DNA from: the human T2T-CHM13v2.0 reference genome, Homo sapiens
DNA length: 64,000 bases
Assembly (NCBI RefSeq): GCF_009914755.1
Contig: NC_060937.1
Strand: one strand, 5' to 3'
Shown: positions 31,489-45,066 of the stretch, piece by piece
Position numbering within the stretch: position 1 is the first letter of the stretch
Layout: each line of letters opens with the position of its first letter
The notes under the pieces: model-generated
The model's database searches: none
Seen by the model: only the letters and a program-made list of their open reading frames with translations
Told to the model about the DNA's origin: nothing
Program-made: the position numbers and the translations under genes

Positions 31489-31853
31489 TCATGTGGTTTG
31501 ACTCAGTGTCTCTACCCAAATCTCATCTCAAATTGTAATCCCCATATGTTGAGGGAGGGACCTGGTGGGGCGTGATTGGATCAGGGGGGTGAATTCCCCC
31601 ATGCTGTTCTCCTGATAGTGAGGGAGATCTCAGGAGATCTGATGGTTTTAAAAGTGGCAGTTTTTCCTGAGTATTCTCTCTCCTGCAGCCTTCTGAAAAA
31701 GGTGCCTGCTTCCTCTTCACCTTTTGCCATGATTGCAAATTTCCTGAGGCCTCCCAAGCTATGCAGAACTGTGAGTCAATTAAACCTCTTTCCTTTATAA
31801 ATTATCCAGTCTCAGGTAGTTTCTTTATAGTAGTGTGAAAACAGACTAATGCA
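31489..31853 (+). mobile_element. MaLR solo LTR, THE1D (or MSTA)-like, nested in L1
   Basis: tcatgtggtttg...cccaaatctcatctcaaattgtaatcccc...gaactgtgagtcaattaaacctctttcctttataaatta...gactaatgca. Decayed 5-bp TSD ctaat/ttgat, and the L1 resumes colinearly. Confidence 0.9.
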
Positions 31854-33143
31854 TTGATGTCAAAAAGAATAATTCTTAGGTTGTCCTCTACAATTTTTAT
31901 AGTTTGAGATCTTCCATTTAAATCTTTCGTGGCTTTGGATTATTTTTTGTTTATGCTGAAAGGTAGGGTCCAGGTTTAATCTTCTGCATATGGCTAGCCA
32001 GCTATCCCAGCATCATTTATTGAAAAGAGAGTCCCTTCCCCATTGCTTTTTTGTTGGCCTTGTCAAAAATCAGATGGCTTTATTTTTGAGCTTTTTTATT
32101 CTGTTAATTGGCCTATGTATCTGTTTTTGTACCAGTACCACGCTGTTTTCTTTACCGTAGCCCCTTTTCCAGGCACCCTTTGGGCCCTGGAACCAGCTCT
32201 AGTGTTCAATTATCCCATGCAGAGTTCTCAGCTTCATCCCGCTTCAGCTTCAGCATGTGAGTCTTTTCCATGCCCACATTTGGCATTTTCTCTCCGAAGT
32301 TATGTTCAAATTATGTTGGTTTAATCTAAATCTCAGTGTGTTTCGGTGGGAGCAGCACTTCCTAGCGGCACTAGTCAGCCATCTTGAAACTCTACCAGCT
32401 TTTTAAAAAGTAAGAACATTGTAAGTGAAGGGAGCAAATATGAAGAGTTAAGGAAGACAGAGATCATCATCATTTTCCAAACCATATGATCACTTGAAAC
32501 ATTCCAAGTTCTACCTGTTTGTGACACAAAGATTTCACAGAATATAGCATCAAGTTCTACTAATAATTGAGCCTTTCACTTGCTAATTCTTCTTATTTAC
32601 AACCTATAGTGAGACATGAGTTCTGCAAGAAATATCAACATGGCTCATGAGTGACTGCCACAGTCCATTTTAAATGTTGTATTTAAATGCTACATGCTAA
32701 CGTAGTACAGATTTTGTTGTTACTATTTTAATATTACTTGTTACATTCCATCATTTTCCAACAAAAGGATCTACATTGTTGCATGATGGTTGATATTATC
32801 ATCCTGCCTGTAAAGTGGTGTTTAATTCACACACTCAACAATAAGTAACGAGGCCTTTCCGTTGAGAGTCCCAAGGTTCTAGGAACATAGCTTTGTTATC
32901 ATACAACATATGTTCTAGTCCAGAATGTGTCAGGAATTAAGCTCTTGTCACTCCAAAATTTTACCTTTAGATTTTCCTTTTTTATGCTTGGGCTAAGATT
33001 CTTCAAATCACTCTTTTTTTTCTTTTTCAGCTACTTCTGATATTTTCATTCAAGTGAGTGCACTATAGGAAGCTAAGAGGGAACACAGGTAATTTTTCTT
33101 TCTTCTTTGATTATTATTCCATTGAGTGCCACCGTATTATTGA

Positions 33144-33618
<475 letters not shown>

Positions 33619-36600
33619 TGATGTACCAGCAAAACCAGAAAGCATGCCCTCCTCAAGGTATGAACTCAGGATGATAGTATACAACTATAGATCATATAAT
33701 ACCTGTATTTTACTTAAATGTTTTCATTTGTTCTTCCAGACGTCTACCACCTATTCAATATCCTCTTTCCAATTATCTCTATTGAAATACCTAATGTAGT
33801 TTCACTTCCCCTGATTTGTCTCTACTTGGCATTAGATACACTACTTAATGATCCCAGAAGTTATTAAAAAAATCTCAAAAATGGTATTATGAAATTTTGA
33901 TTATGCTTTGTCCTGAAAACTATAATAATCTCTTTGATCATAGGATGCCTTGAATATAAAATGCATTAAATTAAAACCTGTCATTGATTGTGAAACAATG
34001 CTTACTAAAAAGCAAATGTCTTTGGAGGCAGGGGGACTAGCTGTTGTATATAACTGTTAAATTTTTAATGATGACTGCAGGATCTATGGGGTGAAATATC
34101 TGATTGCAAATGCACTAAAAGGCTTACAGGAAAAAATTACAAGCTTACAGCTTTACATTCTCACATTCTCAGCCCAAACAGTCAGAGAAACAGAGCTTCT
34201 ATGGCAGACTTAAAATAATCTCTTAACAATCTCTTATTTCTTCTAGCTATAGGACAAGGACCACTGTAAGTCAAACACAAGTGTAATTATATAGGTTGCA
34301 GAAGGACAACAAATACTGAGTTCCTCAACTCACCAAGTCTCCTACATGAAGGTTATGACATTGATTTAGAGGCAGTAGGACCCTAAGATTTTAGGAAAAG
34401 AGACAGAATCAGATAAGGTTGAGAATACTGAATTCCCATATCTCTGTGAGTTATCTTTGCTAGCAGAAGGAAGTCTGCTATGTCTAAGGAGACCTCTGTC
34501 ACACAGTATCTAAGGAAACAAGTCTTGCCTTCCTTGAAGACCCTTGTTTACCTCACCGTGGGTGGCCAATTAGCAAACGTATGCTTAGTGCTTATTCTTG
34601 CTAAAACTGACCTGTTCTTTCATGATATCCTCTAGTCAAATAACTGAATGTATGTACTAGGAAGATAAATACATTACCTGACTCAGGTTAACCTACCAAA
34701 TGATTTCCAGATTAGTTTACTATATAACCTAAGACACATATGAATGTGTTTAGGAATGAATCTGAATGGGAATAGACCAAGGGGATGGAATAAAACTCTA
34801 GAATATGCCACCTTTATATAAGTACACTTACCACATATGAATTTATGATGCTAGCTTGTACAGATGGATTGGCTCTTAAGAGTTGACTTGATTGTTTGCC
34901 TGAAACTTGGACATGTTGGTGTCCTACATCCAATAAATTTGGGCTCAGAGAATTAGATATTTTGTAGTGCATTTATCATAAGTTATGTTATGTCACCCAC
35001 TCATTCACCATATGAGCCCATCACAGCGCTAAGTAATACATTTGTGAGCAGATTGCTAGAATACGGAAAATCTCTGTGGTAATTGTTTTCTGAAGGCTGG
35101 ATATGATGGAGGAAGATGGTGTCCTTAAGACAAACTTAATGATTGCAATGGCATTAGAGATAGCATCTCACAATGATGATGTTGAATGGCAACACTCAAT
35201 GTCAAGAGGCAAGGTGGCATAATTTCCCTAATGAGTAGTTAGGACAAATCAGTAAATATATTTGACATTGGAGGTAATGTCATATTTCTTAAAAAATTGC
35301 CGAAACTACTGTCACTATCATATACTTGAAAATTCAGTGTTGGTGATTACTATATAACATCTCCATTTAACTCACCTGTTTGGCCTGTGAAGAGGCAGAT
35401 GGATCTGAGAAAATGAAAGTGAATTTTAGCTGTTTTTCAGAGTTGTGTTTACTAGAAAAAATCTACACAACTATTGATCAAATACATTATTTATTTTTCT
35501 CAACATATAAGGTTCAAGAGAAGTCATACTCTCTTGCTTAGCAGGCACAACAGGATACATTTTTAAATTTCATATGGTATTTCAAGGCTATATCAATTCT
35601 ATATCAACAATCTATCCTGTAGGAATAGTATCAGTATTGACAACATCCCACAGAACGATTTACACTGTTTCACTACATTAATGATGGCTGGTTTGCTGAA
35701 TATAATACACAGGAAGAATCAATGACCAAAAAAACAAAATCACAGTAAGGAAAATGTAAACCAGAGATTAGAGTCAAACCTCACAGAGCTTAAGGGCCTT
35801 GTCACCTCATTAAATTTTTTTTGTACAATATAAAGATAATCATTCCAGTGCCTAAAATGGATTTATACACATTGCGTCATACACCTCAAAAACGATATAT
35901 TACACATGTTTTATGTAACAAATAAGACTCTCAATGTTGAGGCCAAGAGCAAGGGAAAGCTCTTTAGGAGTCCATTGTGCAATAAAAGCTATGTTGCCAT
36001 ATAAACTTCCTTACAGCAGTTACATTGATATATAAAAGGTATGTGACAAATCTGCTGAAGTCTAATAAGACACAGGAGACTCCTTGTGCTTTGAAGAAAC
36101 AGCTTTCCCTTTTTCACGGATAATATACTTTTTTATTTCCTTATGAGAAACACTTTCTGACTTGCTATTGGGCCCTATATAAATTTAAAAATTTGATTAT
36201 AAGACATCAAGAGATCATGTGGCTTGACCAAACTATTTGAGTTGAGTGTTTTTTTTACCAACCAAATTATAAGGCAGGGCATGCCCAGAAGCCATAAATC
36301 ATCACTGCAGATGATGCATAAGAGATCAAGCTCAGGCAGGTAAATAAAATACAAGTAAATTGAATGAGCAGGTGGCTCAGATTCCTTTGATACCATTTCT
36401 TGATGCATTGCCATTCCTTTTCCTATGACCTTTTTTGCACAGTACCTTATAACAAATTGATAGAAGAAGAAATATCTTAGGTCTTTTGTCAATATGATAA
36501 ATCCGACTTACAAGGGACTACTGCAGCATTAGATGCTCAATCAGAAGTATGTCCTTGAAAGACAAGTGTGAATGAAAATTATCCCAGTGGGCCACACATC

Positions 36601-36651
36601 AAGCAATCCATTTTGGATTTCTTAGTCTGTTTTGAGAAATAAATAGATGAT

Positions 36652-36694
<43 letters not shown>
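36652..36694. repeat. (GATA)10 tetranucleotide STR
   Basis: Read directly. Confidence 0.96.
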
Positions 36695-36857
36695 CTGTAT
36701 TAATTTGAGGCAGTGGCTAATGATTTGGCCGTATAATCAGAAACTTGGAAAATAACTGTATTACAGAATTGAAAAAATGGAAAAAATGAGTTCAGAGGAA
36801 TATCTGTTTCAGAGAAAACTTTCAATAATCATCTGGACAACATGACCTGCCCTTTGA

Positions 36858-37136
<279 letters not shown>

Positions 37137-37728
37137 TGAGCAATGGGCTTATTTATGATTAGCCACAAAAGAAGAGATGAAGGCTCTACACAGGCTAAGC
37201 AATGTGGAACATCACACAACTCACTTTGCTGTCTTAATTACTGAGTGTCTAGTTTTCCATCATCTAGAACAATGTTGAAGTCCTAATATCACACCTTGGC
37301 CAGGGAGGATTTCATGGGATTTCATCTTTGGGGAAGAGTGATGATTTGTCCTCACTAGTTTAGAAAGATACTCTATTTATGAATTGACATTCCTGCACAT
37401 AATGCTTTTGTTAACACCACTATATATGTACTTGTGATTTCTGTATAAGGGATTTATTCTGTAGCAAATAAGTGTGGAAATAGGCATATGCCATAGAATT
37501 CTTTATCATGCCAAGCAGCTTCTCTGATAGAAAGAAGAAATGACTGACTGAAGACTCAGTTATAGTGCTAGTTGAGGAACAATACACTAAAAGTATGATG
37601 TTCTGTCTTGAAAGAGGTGATGTATGCTTTAGGTTAACTTTCAACATGAGGGTTATTTATGTTTTTTCATTGTCAGAAAACATAGATCATGTAATCAAGA
37701 GTGAAATGAGGAGGATTAAATTACTCTT

Positions 37729-38419
37729 TCATTAGTTTTCAATTATTGCCCTAACAAGTTATCACAAACTTAATCGTTCACTTAAAACAGCACATATATC
37801 TTGTCTCACAGTTCTGTAGGTCAGAACTTTGGTGGGCTTGGTTAATTTCTTTGCTTAGAGTCTACCAAAGCAGAAATTAAAGTTTCAGCAAGTTGCCAAT
37901 TTTTTTTTTCTGCAGTCTTTGAAGAATAATCCCCCTCTAAGCTAGTCCAGATTGTTGTCTGAATTCAGTTCTGTGAGACTGTAGGACTTTTACCCATCTC
38001 CTTGCTGGCTGTCAGCCAGATGTTCTTCCCATCTTCTACAGGCTTTCAACAGATCTTGCCTCATGGCCTTGTGACTTCATCTTCACAAACACCAGTGGTG
38101 AATTGTGTTCTTCTTCTTTAAATCTCATTTTACATCCACTCTGCTTCCTCTTTCCTCTGCTACTTCCTCTGCAGCCTCAGTCTCACAGTCCATTGACTCT
38201 CCCTGCCTTAATTTTCTGCTTTTAAGAGCTCATGTGATTACACAGTACCCACCTAGATCATCTAGGATAATACCCTTAACCTGAAGGCAGGTTATGAATA
38301 GCCTTACCTTCAATGTCAAACTCCCTTCAAAGAAGTAACTAGATTAATGTTTGTTGAATAACCAGGGGATGGAAATTGTAGTGGGAGTAGTAAATACATG
38401 TAGAATTCTGCCTATTATA
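37729..38419 (-). mobile_element. MaLR LTR, MLT1E-like, nested in ERVL
   Basis: attagttttc...tctcacagttctgtaggtcagaa...tttaagagctcatgtgattacac...tagaattctgcctattata, with putative 5-bp TSD ctctt/ctatt. Confidence 0.8.
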
Positions 38420-39282
38420 CTATTGCACCTAATAATCCATCTAGAAATATTTTTCACTTCTATACCAAAAATGTTAGGTTCTGCTTTTTTCTATTAGGGC
38501 ACAGAAAAATGATTGAATTGGAGGTTGAGGTCATCACCTGGCCATTTCAATCCCCTCACTCCACTGAACTGACAAAGAATAAATTAGTTATGTTCTGACG
38601 TGATTTATTATGATACTTACGAGATAGGTGTGTTGCTGGCATACATTGGTGACAGGGAGGAGTATGCTTAAAATCCACAGTGATTAAGTACTAGTCACTT
38701 AGTACTTCATGTCTAATAGCAAATGTTAACGGAAACAACTCTTAAAGGTCATATTACTCAAATATTACAGCTTTTAGAAATAATTTTGAGTAAACTCCTG
38801 AGGTAAAAACACAATCTGCTGAGAAAAAGTAATTGGTAATTGAACAGAGAAGTTAAAATATCAACTATAGACTCATTATTGGAGGAAAAAATATTGTAAC
38901 AGATATGCATAATCTCTTCTTTATTTTTTATACACAAACACATGCACACAAGTGGATATATTATTCAATTTCTGTTTCCTGCCTCTTGTTTTCATTATTG
39001 TACAAAAGAGAAATTGTTCATCAGTGGTTAACTTTACACATAACCTTCAGATTCATATGGTGATCATAACACAACTAGTGGACTAATTACAATAATTCAG
39101 AAATAGATATCCTCATATTTGCTTAGAGTTAGAAAAAATAGAGTACCTGGTGTTCTGTTTTGAAGAGAGAGTAATGAAAATAGTTGAATTTTTGTAAGCA
39201 AAAGGAAAACATTACAATTGTTATTATATTGTAATTCACTATGGCAAGTGTTTGAATAGATACAGGCTAACCAAAGGAAAGG

Positions 39283-39900
39283 TGTACGCTGATAATCAAC
39301 CTATTGTCTTCCTCGTCTCAATTCACCATTCTATTCTCTGCTCTGTGGTGCTGGGACTGAGGATCCACATACAATATTTATCTTTTATCTACTGTATTTT
39401 AAACAGAAAGTCTTGACAGAAGGGGTTACCAGAGATTGATTATGAATGAGGAATAATGAAGACTGGGCTTTCTCATTTTTTGTTGTTTGTTTTGCTTTGC
39501 TACTTTTTTTTCCCATTAATGTTAATATTAGAGTCATTCAAAAAAGGGCTACATGTTGCAGTGTATGCTTTACTCTCCCGTTCCTTTAGCATTGCTCAGA
39601 CAGCATCCCATGCTTAGCAGTCTGAGGCTCAGTTCCATGAACCAAAAGTTCTACCACTATCCAGTCAGTGTCTTCTCAGAAGTTTGAGCCTACCTTTGCA
39701 AGGCTCATCATTTCTCAGGTTCTGGTAATCCCTATATTTTCCATTTTTCCCCTCAGCTATGTGAGTTAAGAGCTGATGCCTACAGTCACAATGCCTTTGT
39801 TGCTTCAGGGTTGCCTTTTTGCCTTCCCAACACTTTTCAAGGTAATTTTCTGTATTAAATTCCCTGTGAAAACACCTACTATGGTTTCTGTTTTTACGAA
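39283..39900 (+). mobile_element. ERVL LTR, LTR33-like (probable 3' LTR of the upstream provirus)
   Basis: Follows a purine-rich tract (ccaaaggaaagg). tattgtcttcctcgtctcaattcacc...ctgctctgtggtgctggg and attaaattccctgtgaaaacacctactatggtttctgttt match the recalled LTR33 ends. Confidence 0.65.
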
Positions 39901-39994
39901 AGTATTCCCTGAGATAGAGGGAAACAAAAAAATAAGCAAAATGATACAAATGTAAATGAATGGGATTAGATAGAGTGAATCAGAAAGAGTCAAC

Positions 39995-39995
39995 T

Positions 39996-40026
<31 letters not shown>

Positions 40027-40160
40027 AGAGGGAAACAGGGAGAGAGAAGGAAGGAAGGAAGGAAAGAAGGGAGGGAAAGAGAAAGAAAGAAAGAGAGAGA
40101 AAGAAAGAAACAAACAAAGAAACAAAGAAACAAAGAAAGAAAGAGAAAGAAAGAAAGAAA
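39995..40160. repeat. GA-rich polypurine low-complexity tract
   Basis: Mixed GA/GGAA/GAAA/CAAA units, read directly. Confidence 0.92.
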
Positions 40161-41896
40161 TGCATTTAATATAGTGGAATTATGAGAGAATAAAACAGGA
40201 AAATTGGATGGCAGTTGAATGGAGTAAATAGTGGCATTTCGTATCAGATCATTTGTGAAAGGCTGAAAATGGGAAGCTTTAGAGTATATAGCTTACAAAT
40301 GAAAATAATTTAGGAATAAGAAAGCAAGGAGAAGAATTGTTTTCAGAGAGGGAGCAATATGTGTAAAGCAATCTAGGCAAGAATACAATTGGCATTTTAA
40401 AAGGGTTTGGGCACTCACAGGAAAAAGAAATGGATAAAGTAAAACAATGTAGAGGATAAATTCGAAGAAGTATGTAGGGGGTAGCTCATCAGATCATACT
40501 AGGAGTCTATCATTTTTTTAAAAATCTAAATTTTGGGAAAGAGGGAGACACATGAAAGCCAAAAGAGGTTTTAAATTAAAAACAACTTAATGTAAAATAG
40601 AATGTTTGTTCCAAATATAATGAAAATGCAGAAAATGTATACTAATTTCACTTTAAAAATTATGATTATTATCTACTCTGACATGATATTATTATCCATA
40701 TCAGTCAGCTATTTAATTCAACATCACCCAAAACCAACAAATATAAAATATAATTTAAGAGAAGAGACTGTTTTTCAAATACATTTATGCTTTGCAAAAT
40801 AAATGCTTAAGAATTGTGTGTCAGGCTTAATTTCATCATTTAACATTCAGGATTGAAATTCATACCTAGAATTTGTAAGTGCATTTAATGCCAGAAAGAA
40901 AGATAAATATGATCCCTAGTTATTTAATAAGGGACTTGAATAACAGTAAAGAAAAATACTAACATAACTCAAAACTCATGTTCCCTGCTGTCTAGATCAT
41001 GCCTCTAACCACAAATCTAGTAACAAGGAAATATAATCTACTTGCTTATGACAGAAATGCTTGAACAAGTAATGTCTGTTTCAGTAGGGGACAGAATATC
41101 CTGGGTGCAATACTTATAATGTTATGGTGATTTTATCATCAGTTTAGTAAAGACATATTATTTTCAACATGTGGCATAACATACTGTTAGTCACACTGGA
41201 GAACAGAATCAGCACCAGGATTTGTGCTCTGGGAGAGCTGTTACAGAAATGCTTAATGCCCCATTCCAAGTTTTGAGCCCTAAACGTTGAAATCCAGGTA
41301 GCTGATTTAAAGCATATGACAAAAAATGTGGAATGTTCCTAAGGTATTGGACCATAATTGAAGTAGTGTCTGATTTTTTATTTGCAAGGTATGCAATTCT
41401 TAGAGATACACTTTTTTTTTTTTTTTTTTTTTTTTTGCTTAAATGTAACAAGGCTGAAACACATTTCTTAGTGGGACAAGGGGACTTAATAATGAAAGAG
41501 AACTTTTGAAGAATTAAGAAATTGGTAAATGTTTTTCCCAAGACAAGAAGAACAAAAAATGGTAGAAAAAAACATGGAGGCTTTTAGCAAAAGTAATTAA
41601 GTTTCTACCAATATAGATGCTGTGAAAACAATTTATTCTGTCTAGTTTAATTTTGCAGCGCATATTGTTCCATGCAGTTTTGCGGTGTATATGATATATA
41701 TGGTTAGTTGTATCAGTTGCAAACATCGCATTTTTGAGTAATAAAAATGAAAAATGAAAATATTATAGATTTATCATCCACTAATGACATAAGCAGCAGC
41801 AAAGGTGGGGGGGCCAACATTTTAACTGTAAGAGAGACAAAAAATTTCTACCTGTTTTAAAACGTATGAACGGAGGTTATCGTCTTGGAAAGACAA

Positions 41897-41982
41897 CAGA
41901 GAGAGGGAGAGAGAAGGAAGGAAGGAGGAAGGAAGGAAGGAAGGAAGGAAGGAAGGAAGGAAGGAAGGAAGGAAGGAAGGAA
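41897..41982. repeat. (GGAA)n microsatellite, 14 uninterrupted units at 41927-41982
   Basis: Counted directly. Confidence 0.95.
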
Positions 41983-42934
41983 ATAAACGAGAAATGCACT
42001 GAAAGTTGTATGCTTACATATAAGAAACTGAATGGCATTTTAATGGCTATGATTTTTTTTCCAATATGAAATTTACATAAATAATCACTATAACATTGGA
42101 TATATTGTTGTACAGTACATTAAGTACATAAATCTTAATTGATCTATAAGATAATTACTTTTGGTCCATCAGTCAGATCATGTTATGGATGATAAAAATG
42201 AAGAATACATAACAAACTGTATCTCCCAAAAATAATTTTTCTGGGAAACAATAAAAGACACTTTTACCAGGCAGAAAATAATTTAGTCTTCATATAAAAA
42301 TGTCTTATGTGTATTACTTTATACTTAATATAAATTGATTCAACTTTCTAGTCACATGTAAATTTCTGCTAACAGTTAAATAACAGCAGTTTATGTTTTT
42401 TACACCATTTAACAACTTATAATGTGCTAAACTAAATTTAATTTATGTTTCTCAACATGTTTTGAGCCCCTAAATTGTATATGTGTTATGCTAGGCATAA
42501 AGATACAAAGATAAATCATTATCCTTAAGTTTCTCACATCCAGTAAGTGAGAATCCTAAAAAATGCAATTATGAGATAAAACAAGAATTCAGAAAATAAA
42601 AGTATAAAAAGCACCTCATGAGCATAAAGAAATTTAGCTCTCTCTGATTGTAGAACACCCATTTTCTGTTCTTGTTTTTTTTAATCTGTTGAATTGTTTA
42701 TCAAAAAGGTGGTAAGTTAAAAAAAGTTATGTGCTAAGTGAGAAAAAAGTTCCAGATATGCATAATTCAACTTATATAAGATCTATATATTTACTATATG
42801 TGTTTGTTTTTCAGGCATCTGTAATTACAAAAATTTTACAGAAGTCACCTCTCATGCTCCCATCTGTTCCTAACACTGGACATACTGATTCTCAGAAGGG
42901 CTCTAGAGCTACACTGGAGTAGATCTTGATTAAT

Positions 42935-43470
42935 CTAAGTCCAGGCAAGGAGAGATAACACCATATTAATTATTTTAAGAGGGAGATATATTAGAAGAAA
43001 TTGATTAAGTAGACATTGAAAGACTACAAAAAAGTAAAAGTAAAAATCAAAATGGTAGAAATACTAACTACGGGGAGCAGCTGTACCCATGCTGTTGGGG
43101 AAATAAAGAGGACTGGCTGCACTTGGCACAAGCTGGAAGCTTGGAAGAGGAGCCGCAGATCTGCAGCCTGGGCTCTTCAGGAAGATTTTGCCCGCTTGTG
43201 TTGGTATTCAGAGAGGGTGCCATGAAGCTCATTCTGGGGATTTGAGAACAAGCTGGAAACCAGAACCAATGGCTGCTTGCAAAGTGACTAAGAACAGCAT
43301 TAAAAACAAAAGGAGCAATTCCCTTCATCCATCTTTCACCTGGCAGCCTCCCTGTAATACCCACTATTGTCAAAACCAAACCTAATAGAAAAATCAACTG
43401 GTCACAAAGAAATGTACTTTGAAGTGTTCCAGTTCTACAGTGAAAGTGGAAAGAAAAGCGGGTTTAGATC
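42935..43470 (-). mobile_element. Old ERVL-type LTR (LTR33/LTR41/LTR52-like)
   Basis: Locally higher GC. agtccaggcaaggagagataacacc...gagggagatatattagaagaaattgatt...ggagcagct resembles the antisense 3' end of these LTRs; family uncertain. Confidence 0.45.
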
Positions 43471-43535
43471 TAATCAAGAGAAAAATTTTAATAACTCACT
43501 AAAAGTCTGTAAATACTCTGTAAAAATCTTTCACC

Positions 43536-44604
43536 TGTCATGTGAATCTCTCCACCAATTAGAAAAGTTAACTTGGAAATTTTGTGATTTCTACTACTCA
43601 TCAAAGAAGGAAATTATTGGTGGGCTACGAAGTAACTAAAAGAACTGTTAATAGTCTTTAAATATTTATTGACTAAATATTTACATAGTGTTCATTATTT
43701 AAACAACACGACAAAAGATGTTGAAAAATACATTAATATAGAGGTAGCCTTTATAATATTAATATCTATAATTTTTCAGGGAATATAATAAGTCTCACAA
43801 GATAGCAGAGAGCTGTTGCTTACCTGAATTAAAATAAGTCTTGCAATAAACTAATTTGGATTATACTTACAGTAATGTTTATTGCTGCTGTTTTGTTTAT
43901 TGCTGCTGTTTGTTGTTGTTTTTTAATCCTAGTTTTCCTGGATTAATTGTACTGTCAGTTGCCAACACTTTTCACCTGAAATAAGACCTGAAGACTTGAA
44001 TCATTTAATGCATATGTTCTCCTTATTTGTAGAGCATAATAGGGCAAGAAACTTTAAAAGTAAAAAAAGGCCGGGCACGGTGGCTCACGCCTGTAATCCC
44101 AACACTTTGGGAGGCCGAGGCGGGCGGATCATGAGGTCAGGAGATCGAGACCACCATGGCTAACACGGTGAAACCCCGTCTCTACTAAAAATACAAAAAA
44201 AAGTAGCCGGACTTGGTGTGGTGGGCACCTGTAGTCCCAGCTACTCCAGAGGCTGAGGCAGGAGAATGGCGTGAACCTGGGAAGGCGGAGCTTGCAGTGA
44301 GCGGAGATCGCGACACTGCACTCCAGCCTGGGCGACAGAGCGAGACTCCGTCTCAAAAAAAAAAAAAAAAAAAGATAAAAAGAATAACTTATCTATTACA
44401 ACTTTATCAAATAGACTGCTTGATAAGCAATAGATTTCAGGGATAGATTTTGTAAAAAGAGCAACTAAAAGAATTTTTACAAGTATTTTATATGTCATGT
44501 GGATCTCTCCACCAGTAAGGAAAGTTGACTTGGAATTTTTGTGATTTTCTCTACTCAGAAGAAAATTATATATGGGCTATGAAGTAACTGGAAGGACTGT
44601 TAAT
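43536..44604. repeat. Two diverged ~115-bp direct repeats (43536-43652 and 44493-44604)
   Basis: tgtcatgtg(a/g)atctctccacca...aaagtt(a/g)acttggaa...ttttgtgattt...ctactca...aaattat...tgggcta(c/t)gaagtaact...actgttaat occurs in both copies. Confidence 0.88.
44069..44373 (+). mobile_element. AluY SINE
   Basis: Y diagnostics ggctaacacggtg, gagaatggcgtgaacc and gcggagcttgcagtg; many CpGs retained; poly(A) tail. Confidence 0.94.
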
Positions 44605-45066
44605 TGAAAACAAAATGGCATTTTCGAAAATATTAGAAGAATTAGGAATTGATTTTCAGTGTTCTAGACTATTTACTAAACTTAAGGCTGCGGATTTTTC
44701 TTAACATTTTTGTCATAGATTGGAGAGCTTTGGATTTCTGGGTGTCAAAAAAATACAGGATATTACTAATAAAAGTAAAATATATAGATTAAATTCTTTC
44801 TTTCCCTTAAATGCCTAATATTGTTAGTGTGACAAAATATTTAATGTTCCTCTCAATATCTAGAATATCAACTGCTCAGATTTGGTCAAGAATGTACTTT
44901 GACTTTTTTTTTCTTTACTAATATTTGGTAAATGTAGTGCTTAAAGTAATGAAAGTTAGAATGATAAATTTTCTTTTTAAAAAGACATATCAATTAGCTA
45001 TTAGATGGCTCTCACTAGAGAAGAAAAAAAAGACCTATGGCTACAATTTCTTTAGTATTCCCCTCC

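Larger units (their letters stand above)
30327..32395 (-). mobile_element. L1PA13-16-type LINE-1: 5' terminus joined to late ORF2 and 3'UTR, with TSD, interrupted by THE1D
   Basis: Antisense 3'UTR (tgctgaggtttggggtatggatc...aggtagtgaacatagtacccaatagg) and ORF2 relics ([18 protein letters not shown], 31007-31225). The L1 5'-end motif caagatggctgactag is on the minus strand at about 32371-32386. TSD cagcttttt at 30318-30326 and 32396-32404. Confidence 0.85.

Noticed and set aside
39805-42069. Low-complexity ORFs (E/R/K-rich, F/L/S-rich), plus the poly-Q ORF at 25237-25509 and the Y/I ORF at 3803-3985
   Set aside because: These are translations of microsatellites and Alu tails.
43875-43912. 18-bp tandem duplication tgtttattgctgctgttt x2
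   Set aside because: Ordinary slippage duplication with no further structure.
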